A program made the translations under genes and the position numbers. From assembly GCA_963771275.1 (NCBI GenBank), contig CAVYSW010000010.1:736001-800000 (forward strand): a stretch of DNA of 64,000 bases, given 5' to 3'. Origin of the DNA: an uncultured Gemmatimonadales bacterium. GTDB lineage: Bacteria > Gemmatimonadota > Gemmatimonadetes > Gemmatimonadales > GWC2-71-9. This document shows positions 30,029 to 37,238 of this stretch, piece by piece. Numbering within the stretch: the first letter of the stretch is position 1; each line of letters starts with the position of its first letter. Below the pieces are notes generated by a model, which made no database searches, had not been told where the DNA came from, and saw only the letters and a program-made list of their open reading frames with translations.

Positions 30029-32080
30029 ATGCCCAAGATTCTCCTAGTTGACGACGAAGACCGCTTCCGCACTTCCCTGGCGGGACGCCTGCGCAAGCGC
30101 GGGCTGGACGTGCTCGACGTGCCCAACGGCGAGGACGCCATCAAGAAGACGCGGCAGGACGACGCGATCGAGATCGCGGTGATCGACCTCAAGATGCCGG
30201 GAATGGACGGCATCCAGACGCTGCGGGAGCTGAAGGCCGTCCGCCCTTCCCTCCAGGCCATCATGCTCACCGGGCACGGGACCCTGGACTCGGCCAAGGA
30301 CGCCGGACGCCACGACGCCTTCCGGTACCTGCAGAAGCCGTGCGACGTCGAGGATCTGGTGCAGGCCCTGGAGGCGGCCACCGAGGAGGTGGCCTATGCG
30401 AGGGCGCGCCACGAGATCCCGACCCGCGTCGAGAGTCGCTCGCTCTGGCGGCGCCTGATCGGCAGTCACAACTCGCGGCCCGGGTTCATCATCCTGGGTC
30501 TCGCGCTCTTCGCGGGCGTGGTCTACGGCCCCACGCCGGCCCGCCTGCTGCACCTGGTGAGCGCACCGAAAAGCGCCGTCGCCACCGCCACCGATGAAAT
30601 CGCGGGGTACGCCTCCTACCGGGAGATGGCCCCCGGACAGACTATCGCCGGTTACTACGGCAAGAAGAACAAGCTGGAGGAGACGACCACCGGCCCGGAT
30701 GGGAGCGCCGTGAAGGCCCCGTTGTCCCCCGCCGGGGCGGCGACCCGCGCCAAGGTGATGCTTGGAGTGATCCTGGTCGGGGCGCTGTTCTGGGCGACCG
30801 GCGCGGTCCCCGTGGCGGTGACGACGTTCTTCGTGGCCCTCGCCCTGTATTTCTACGACGTGTTCAAGCCGGATGTGATCGCCCAAGCGTTCGCCAAGGA
30901 CGCGGTCATCTTCATCTTCGGCGTCCTGGCGCTCGCCAAGGCGATCACCAAGACCGGCCTCGACCGGCGCATTGGCCTGCTGCTGCTGGCCCCGGCCAAG
31001 AACCTGCCGCTGCTGCTGCTGGTGTTCCTGCCGCTGTTCTCGGTCACGTGCTCGTTCATTTCCGAGCACGCGCTGGTGGCGTTCACCATGCCGCTGTTCG
31101 TCATGGTCTACGCCAGCGCCACCAAGGCGGCGGGCCTCAAGCGCGATCGCATGCTGATGGTGATGTTCGCCTTGGCCCTAGCCTACGCGGCCAACTCCGG
31201 CGGGCCGGGCTCGCCTGCCGCCGGCGGTCGCAACGCGATCATGGTCGGCATCCTGGCCGACTACGGCATCTCGCCTACCTTCGGCCAGTGGGTGCTGTAC
31301 GGCCTCCCGTTCGTGCCGGTGATGTCCTTCGTGGTCGGCCTGTACTTCCTGCTGGTGGTCCGGCCCCAGGCCCAGATCAAGACGCTCGACGTTTCCGCGG
31401 CGGTCCGCCGCGCGGCGGAGAAGATCGGGCCGATGACCCGGAGCGAGTACATCACGGCGGCCGTCTTCGGCCTCGTGATCGTCTTGTGGGTCACCTGCAG
31501 CGGATGGCTCGGCATGGGCGGGCCGGTGCTTGTGGGCCTGGTGCTGCTCAACGTGCTCCGCGTGCTCTCGTGGAAGGACATGCAGGGCATTCACTGGGAG
31601 GTCGTGTTGCTGTACGCCGGCGCGTGCGCCATCGGATCCGGACTGGCCGCAACCGGGGCCGCCCTCTACATGGCGGACGCCTTCGTGGGGCTCCTCCCCA
31701 CCTTCCTGGCGACGGGATCGGGCCTCGCGATCGCGTCCAGCCTGTTCACCGGCATCACCACCAACTTCATGAGCGATGGCGCGACCGTCGCGGCGATCGG
31801 GCCGGTCACCGTCCCGATGGCCACGGTGGCCCACGTGCACCCCTGGCTGGTCGGGCTCACCACGGCGTTCGCGTCGTCCTTTGCGCACACGATGATCATC
31901 GGGACGCCGTCCAACGCCCTGGCCTACGCCATGGCGAAGGACCCCGAAACCGGCGAGCAGCTGGTGACCCTCGGAGACTTCATGAAGCACGGGCTGGTCA
32001 TCCTGGTCCTGAGCTTCCTGGTCCTCTGGGGCTGGGCGATCCTGGGCTACTGGCGCTGGATCGGCTTCCCCGGAACCTGA
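30029..32080 (+). CDS. Response-regulator receiver domain fused to SLC13/DASS-family permease
   Basis: N-terminal REC (LVDDE, DLKMPGMDG, LTGHG, QKP) followed by many TM helices with TGLDRRI, IHWEVVLLYAG, IGTPSNA, DFMKHG; single uninterrupted 683-aa ORF. Confidence 0.88.
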   Translation: MPKILLVDDEDRFRTSLAGRLRKRGLDVLDVPNGEDAIKKTRQDDAIEIAVIDLKMPGMDGIQTLRELKAVRPSLQAIMLTGHGTLDSAKDAGRHDAFRYLQKPCDVEDLVQALEAATEEVAYARARHEIPTRVESRSLWRRLIGSHNSRPGFIILGLALFAGVVYGPTPARLLHLVSAPKSAVATATDEIAGYASYREMAPGQTIAGYYGKKNKLEETTTGPDGSAVKAPLSPAGAATRAKVMLGVILVGALFWATGAVPVAVTTFFVALALYFYDVFKPDVIAQAFAKDAVIFIFGVLALAKAITKTGLDRRIGLLLLAPAKNLPLLLLVFLPLFSVTCSFISEHALVAFTMPLFVMVYASATKAAGLKRDRMLMVMFALALAYAANSGGPGSPAAGGRNAIMVGILADYGISPTFGQWVLYGLPFVPVMSFVVGLYFLLVVRPQAQIKTLDVSAAVRRAAEKIGPMTRSEYITAAVFGLVIVLWVTCSGWLGMGGPVLVGLVLLNVLRVLSWKDMQGIHWEVVLLYAGACAIGSGLAATGAALYMADAFVGLLPTFLATGSGLAIASSLFTGITTNFMSDGATVAAIGPVTVPMATVAHVHPWLVGLTTAFASSFAHTMIIGTPSNALAYAMAKDPETGEQLVTLGDFMKHGLVILVLSFLVLWGWAILGYWRWIGFPGT

Positions 32081-32099
32081 CGGGCACGAGGAGACTGCG

Positions 32100-32588
32100 A
32101 TGGAACACGTGATCAAGCTGCTCATCGTGGACGACGAGAGCCGGTTTCTCGAGGCGATCGCGACGCGTCTGCGCAAGCGTGGATTCGACGTGCGGACGGC
32201 GGGCAACGGACCCGACGCCCTGGCGCTCGCCCGGGGGGAGAAGTTCGACCTCGCCCTCCTCGACCTCAAGATGCCGGGGATGGACGGCAGCGAGGTGCTG
32301 CGTTCGCTCAAGCAGGAGCACCGCTTCCTCGAGGCGATCATCCTCACCGGCCATGGCTCGCTGGAGAGCGCCGTCCAGCTCACCAAGCTCGGGGCGTTCA
32401 GCTACCTCCCCAAGCCGTACGAGCTGGACCGGCTGATCGAGATCCTGAAAGACGCCTACGAGGCCCGGCTCAGGAAGAAGTTCGCCGCCGACGAGGCCCG
32501 CATGCAGCGCATTCTCGCGGCCGGCCAGGCGGAGAGCCCCCTCGCGATTCTCCGAACGCTGCGGGAGCTTGACGATGGAGAGCGCTAG
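32100..32588 (+). CDS. Single-domain response regulator (REC + short helical tail)
   Basis: IVDDE, DLKMPGMDG, LTGHG, PKP; no DNA-binding domain. Confidence 0.9.
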   Translation: MEHVIKLLIVDDESRFLEAIATRLRKRGFDVRTAGNGPDALALARGEKFDLALLDLKMPGMDGSEVLRSLKQEHRFLEAIILTGHGSLESAVQLTKLGAFSYLPKPYELDRLIEILKDAYEARLRKKFAADEARMQRILAAGQAESPLAILRTLRELDDGER

Positions 32589-32632
32589 CCCGTCGAGCCG
32601 CCACGACCCCGGGCGCGATCCGTAGAGGCCCG

Positions 32633-34375
32633 GTGGCCACGCGGTTCCCCTGGCACGAGAGTTCCCCGGCCGAGCAACGGTCCGCACGCTGGCTGCGCGG
32701 GCGGATCGTGGCCGCCCTGCTTCTCGTGTCCGCGGTTCCCTTCGTCCTGTTGGGCGGCGGCGCGTGGATCGTGTTCCGGAACCTCGCCATCGAGCGGACG
32801 CTCACGCTCCATCGCACCGTCCTCCGCGCGCACGCGTCGGCGATCGACATGTACCTCGCCGAGCAGCTCCGCGCCCTGGAAACCATCGCGCGCACCAACG
32901 CGCTCGCCAAGCTCCGCACCCAGGAGGGACTTGGGGAAGTGTTCGCCGCGCTGACGGACGTGCAGCGCGACGGGTTCGTGGATCTCGGCGTCATCGACGC
33001 GACGGGGGGCCACCTCGCCTACGTGGGCCCGTACGCGCTGCTGGATCGGCGCTACGGGGAAACGGAGTGGTTCAAGGCGGTGGCCGCGCGCGGGGCCATC
33101 GTGAGCGACGTGTTTCTGGGCTACCGGCAGGTTCCCCACAGCGTCGTTGCCGTCCGGCAGGAGGATGCCGCTGGGTGGTGGATCTTGCGCGCCACGCTCG
33201 ACGACCGGCGGCTGTATGGCCTGGTGCATTCGCTGCAGGTGGGTCTCCTGGGGGACGTGTTCATCGTGAATCGCGCGGGCCGGTTCCAGACGCCCCCCAA
33301 GGAAGGCAAGGTGCTGGATCCGTCACCCCTGCGCGCGCCCGACATGCACCCGGGAGTGCGAGAGCAGCGGGTCGAGACGCCCCGCGGCACGATGCTGCGG
33401 GCCACCACCGGACTCAACGACGGGCAGTGGTTGCTGGTGGTTCAGCAGCCGGAGAGCGAGATCCTGGCGCCGGTGGACCGGGCCGTCGCGCTGGGAGCAG
33501 CCATCAGCGGTGCCGCGCTCGCGCTCGTGGTGGTCACCATCGTGCTCGTGACGACCAATCTGACGCGCCGCGTGGACCGGGCCAACGAGCAACGCGACCT
33601 CATGTATGCCGATCTCCTGCGATCCGCCAAGCTGGCCTCGCTCGGCGAACTGGCAACCGGTCTCGCGCATGAGATCAACAACCCGCTCGCCACGATCAGT
33701 GCGGAGCAGACCAATCTAGGTGACCTGAGCGGCGCGCTGGCGCTCCCCCCGGAGGCGCGGCGACAGTTCGAGGCGTCCATCGAGCGCTGCAAGCGTCAGG
33801 TCGCCCGTTGCGGAAGCATCACGGCCAAGATGCTCCAGTTCGGGCGCAACACCGGCACGGAGCTGCGGGCCACCGCCATGGAGCCGGTGCTGCGGGAGAT
33901 CGCGCTCTTGCTCGAGCGTCGGACGCGGGCCCGGAACATCGCGCTGCAGCTGGAGATCGAGCCGGGCCTCCCACCCGCCTGGCTCGACGGCAACGAGCTC
34001 GAGCAGGTTCTGGTCAATCTGGTGAACAACTCGATCGACGCCATCGCCCGGGGCGGCACGATCACGATCGCCGCCGCGCACGACGCCGATCACGTCCTCC
34101 TGACGGTCCGAGACGACGGATGCGGTATCGCCCAGAAGGACTTGGACACCGTGTTTCAGCCGTTCTTCACCACGAAACCCCCCGGCGAGGGAACTGGTCT
34201 CGGCCTGGCCGTCGTCTACGGCATCGTCCAGGGATGGGGAGGGACGATTCACGCAGCGAGCGTGGTCGGCCAGGGCACCACCATGACCGTTCACATACCG
34301 CGAGCCGATGCTGGCCGGCAGCAGGAGCCCGGCGGAGGACAGCATGTTCCATCCGGCCCTCTCGCTGCCAGCTAG
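32633..34375 (+). CDS. Second membrane sensor histidine kinase (Cache-like sensor)
   Basis: GLAHEINNPL, NLVNNSIDA, DDGCGI, FFTTK, GTGLGL; sensor motifs DLGVID...AYVGP, SDVFLGYR shared with the first kinase. Confidence 0.92.
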   Translation: MATRFPWHESSPAEQRSARWLRGRIVAALLLVSAVPFVLLGGGAWIVFRNLAIERTLTLHRTVLRAHASAIDMYLAEQLRALETIARTNALAKLRTQEGLGEVFAALTDVQRDGFVDLGVIDATGGHLAYVGPYALLDRRYGETEWFKAVAARGAIVSDVFLGYRQVPHSVVAVRQEDAAGWWILRATLDDRRLYGLVHSLQVGLLGDVFIVNRAGRFQTPPKEGKVLDPSPLRAPDMHPGVREQRVETPRGTMLRATTGLNDGQWLLVVQQPESEILAPVDRAVALGAAISGAALALVVVTIVLVTTNLTRRVDRANEQRDLMYADLLRSAKLASLGELATGLAHEINNPLATISAEQTNLGDLSGALALPPEARRQFEASIERCKRQVARCGSITAKMLQFGRNTGTELRATAMEPVLREIALLLERRTRARNIALQLEIEPGLPPAWLDGNELEQVLVNLVNNSIDAIARGGTITIAAAHDADHVLLTVRDDGCGIAQKDLDTVFQPFFTTKPPGEGTGLGLAVVYGIVQGWGGTIHAASVVGQGTTMTVHIPRADAGRQQEPGGGQHVPSGPLAAS

Positions 34376-34390
34376 GGAGAAGAAACCACC

Positions 34391-35227
34391 ATGACCGCGA
34401 ATGCCGAGATCCGACTACTGCTCGTCGATGACGAGGTAGAGTTCCTGGAGGCGATGAAGCCGGGGCTCGTCCGCCGCGGCTTTCGAGTGAGCGTCGCGCA
34501 GGATGGACTTGCGGCGTTGCAGCTGTTGCGCAGCGAGACCGTCGACGTGATCGTGCTGGATGTCAAGATGCCTGGGCTGGACGGCGTGGAGACGTTCCGG
34601 GAGATCAAGCGGGTCGCTCCTGGGCTCCCGGTCATCCTCCTGACGGGGCACGCGAGCATCCCCCAGGCGTTCGAGACCTCCCGGGACGGCATCGCCAACT
34701 ACCTCGCCAAGCCCTGCGACGTGGAGACGCTTGCCGAGGCGGCCCGCCAGGCGCTGATCGACAGCAAGGTCGTCGCGACGCCGTCTCCACCGGTTGCCGA
34801 TGACATCCGCCTGCTCCTGGTGGACGACGACCGGGATTTCACCGACTCCCTCGTCCCGGCGCTGGACCGCCGCGGCGTCCACGCCGCCGCCGTTCATGGC
34901 GGGGCGGAGGCACTCGACCGGGTGCGCGCTCAGCGGTTCGACGTGGCCATCGTTGACGTGCGCATGCTGGACATGGACGGCCTCACCCTGCTCAAGCGGT
35001 TGCGCGCGGCGGACTCGCGGATCGAGGTGATCGTCCTCACCGGTCACCCGGCGGTCGAGGACGTGCGGCGCGGCTTGAAGGAAGGCGCGTTCGACTACCT
35101 GACGAAGCCGCAACGCGTGGAGGACGTTGTCGCCCGGGTGCGCGCGGCGTACGAACGGCGGCGTCAGCGTGAGGAGGAGGACCGGCGCGCAGAAGCGGAT
35201 CGGATCCTGTCACGGCGGCCCGACTGA
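34391..35227 (+). CDS. Tandem double-receiver response regulator
   Basis: Two REC domains (LVDDE/DVKMPG/LTGH/AKP and LVDDD/DVRML/LTGH/TKP); no output domain. Confidence 0.9.
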   Translation: MTANAEIRLLLVDDEVEFLEAMKPGLVRRGFRVSVAQDGLAALQLLRSETVDVIVLDVKMPGLDGVETFREIKRVAPGLPVILLTGHASIPQAFETSRDGIANYLAKPCDVETLAEAARQALIDSKVVATPSPPVADDIRLLLVDDDRDFTDSLVPALDRRGVHAAAVHGGAEALDRVRAQRFDVAIVDVRMLDMDGLTLLKRLRAADSRIEVIVLTGHPAVEDVRRGLKEGAFDYLTKPQRVEDVVARVRAAYERRRQREEEDRRAEADRILSRRPD

Positions 35228-35229
35228 CG

Positions 35230-36392
35230 CCGACGTGGATCGCCGTCAAAGCCGCCACGATCACTTGGGAATCCACGCGGCACGCGGTTGAGGACTCGCG
35301 GACCGTGCGGTAGCTTGGTCAACAGGCGGCACGGACGTTGGGCCGTTCGGCTTGCACGGCAAGATGCCGCCTTGGCGCCGCGTGTTCGACGCGCTGAGTA
35401 GTGGGTGCACCATGACGTCAGGTGCGACACGATGACGGCTGCCGGCAGGGATCGCCCGGCCCCGGTGGGCGAGAGCGGTCACGCGCGCGAGGTGTTCCGC
35501 CACACGCTCACGCGTCTGATCCTGCTGTACTTCACGCCGCTGCTCCTGCTGGCCGTCTTCTTCCACTTCCAGTATCTCCGGTTGCTGCGGGATGGGGCCC
35601 GGGAGCGTCTCGCGGCCATCGCCGAGCGCCAAGCGGCGACCTTCGATCTGTTCCTGCGCGAACGCCTCGTCAACCTCGCGAACATCATCGACGATCCGGC
35701 GTTCGCGTCCCGGGCGCTCAACGCCGGCTACCTCGGCGACTGCCTCGCCGCCCTGCGCCGGACCAACGACGCCTTCACCGATCTCGGGGTCGTGAGCGCT
35801 TCGGGAAAGCTGGAGGCGTACGTCGGACCGGTAGCGTTCCCGGCCGCCGTCACGTACCGCTATGAGGGCTGGTTCCACCAGCTGCTCACGGGCAACGACC
35901 GTTCGATCGTGAGCGAGATCTACGGTGGCTTTCGCGGTCAACCGCACTTCACCATCGCCGTCAAGCGCCAGGACGGCCGCGCCGTGCGGGTGCTGCGCTC
36001 GAGCCTGGCCCCGGAGCGCCTGGCCGAGTACCTCGCGACGCTCGAAGGCGCGAGCGGGGTGCACGCGGCGGTGGTGAGCGCGCGCGGAGCGGTGCAGATA
36101 GCCACCTCGCGTTCGGCCAGCGCGCTCCAGGGCGCGCACTTCACGCCACCCCGCGAGCCGCTCCGCGGAGTCGTGGGGCGTGCTCGTGCGGCCGGTACGC
36201 CGAACTACGGCTACGCCTGGTTGCGGGACCCGCCCTGGGCGGTGGTCGTGACCGACGCGCGGGCGGACGCCGGCCTCAGCGTGCTGCCGGGCGCGCTCTA
36301 CGCCATCACCGTGGCGTTCTTCGCCTTCATGGGGATCGTCCTGCTCCTCCGCGCGCGGCGGCTCGTCGCGCGGCAGCTCGCCGTCGAGCGGG
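35230..36392 (+). repeat. Copy 2 of the ~1.17-kb diverged duplication
   Basis: Aligns with 27540-28705; homology ends at ...QLAVER. Confidence 0.85.
35288..35316 (+). promoter_or_regulatory. Duplicated sigma-70-type promoter
   Basis: TTGAGG-N17-TAGCTT as at 27595-27623. Confidence 0.6.
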
Positions 36393-36451
36393 CGCTCGCC
36401 CTGCCCGTGCCCCCCCTGCCTTCAGCGGCGGCCGTGCATCACCTGGAGTGA
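35432..36451 (+). CDS. Sensor-only paralog of the 27738 kinase (2 TM + Cache-like domain, no kinase domain)
   Basis: MTAAG... start homologous to 27738; QAATFDLFLRERLVNLANIIDDP nearly identical to kinase 1; ORF stops 18 aa after QLAVER, before the H-box. Confidence 0.8.
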   Translation: MTAAGRDRPAPVGESGHAREVFRHTLTRLILLYFTPLLLLAVFFHFQYLRLLRDGARERLAAIAERQAATFDLFLRERLVNLANIIDDPAFASRALNAGYLGDCLAALRRTNDAFTDLGVVSASGKLEAYVGPVAFPAAVTYRYEGWFHQLLTGNDRSIVSEIYGGFRGQPHFTIAVKRQDGRAVRVLRSSLAPERLAEYLATLEGASGVHAAVVSARGAVQIATSRSASALQGAHFTPPREPLRGVVGRARAAGTPNYGYAWLRDPPWAVVVTDARADAGLSVLPGALYAITVAFFAFMGIVLLLRARRLVARQLAVERALALPVPPLPSAAAVHHLE

Positions 36452-36560
36452 CGCGGCATCACGCTGGTGGTGCGGCTCATGTTGGGCGATGCGGCGCGCC
36501 AATCCTCAGCCTACCGCTCGCAGGCCGCTCTCCGCACGTCGCGCTCGCGGCATCGCTTCA

Positions 36561-36646
36561 TGCCCGGGGCAGGACTCGAACCTGCACGGGGATCGCTCCC
36601 CTAGGGATTTTAAGTCCCATGCGTCTGCCAGTTTCGCCACCCGGGC
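36561..36646 (-). tRNA. tRNA-Leu (anticodon TAA), CCA not encoded
   Basis: Minus strand GCCCGGGTGGCGAAACTGGCAGACGCATGGGACTTAAAATCCCTAGGGGAGCGATCCCCGTGCAGGTTCGAGTCCTGCCCCGGGCA; long variable arm, GGTTCGAGTCC T-arm. Confidence 0.97.
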
Positions 36647-36692
36647 GCCCCGGCTAACGATAGCGCGGGAGGGCGGCGAGGCAACGACCGGG

Positions 36693-37049
36693 TTAGCGGC
36701 CCGGCTCCATCCCCTCACGCCGCACCCGGATGTGCGCGGCGGTCTCGCGATCCAGCGCGAGCTCCGAATACGCGAGACGAATCACGTACGCCGGCCGCCG
36801 CTGCAGCAGCCGGATCTCCGTGCCCGGCAGCACGCCGACGCCGGCCAGGCGCACGCCCGTGGTACCACCGGGATTCAGCAGGCAGCTCACCCGGGCGACC
36901 TCGTCTTCGCGGAGCTCCGTCAGGTCCACGGCGTCGCAGTCCGCGCACGGGCCGGTCACGGGGACGGGCGTCCCGCGCAGGCAGTCCCGCCCCCACGCCC
37001 GGGGCACGAGCGCGCCGAGGCCGTTACGGAGCCAGGTGACGGGATTCAT
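36693..37049 (-). CDS. feoA: Ferrous iron transport protein A with N-terminal extension
   Basis: LTELREDEVARV...RLAGVGVLPGTEIRLL...ELALDRETAAHIRV FeoA pattern; downstream of feoB. Confidence 0.82.
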   Translation of the reverse strand: MNPVTWLRNGLGALVPRAWGRDCLRGTPVPVTGPCADCDAVDLTELREDEVARVSCLLNPGGTTGVRLAGVGVLPGTEIRLLQRRPAYVIRLAYSELALDRETAAHIRVRREGMEPGR

Positions 37050-37218
37050 GCCGTCCGAGCCAGTGGGCGAGACGCCCAAGCCAGGCAGGCTCGAGCGGGT
37101 TCTCGTAGCCGCAATGCGGGCAGCGAATCGTGTGGCACGCATCCCCCAGCGGACAGCTCCGGCAGGCGGGCTGGCCGCGATCCTCCGTGAAGCGGCGGCC
37201 GCAATAGCCGCACGTCAC
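37024..37218 (-). CDS. Small Cys-rich protein (64 aa, 7 Cys) in feo operon
   Basis: GTG 37218: MTCGYCGRRFTEDRGQPACRSCPLGDACHTIRCPHCGYENP...; fills the feoB-feoA gap. Confidence 0.72.
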   Translation of the reverse strand: MTCGYCGRRFTEDRGQPACRSCPLGDACHTIRCPHCGYENPLEPAWLGRLAHWLGRHESRHLAP

Positions 37219-37238
37219 GGGCCGCGCCGCGGCCGCCC

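Noticed and set aside
27520..36560. Signalling cluster as a tRNA-integrated genomic island
   Set aside because: No integrase, no duplicate of the tRNA 3' end seen near 27520, and no obvious compositional shift; old horizontal acquisition cannot be excluded
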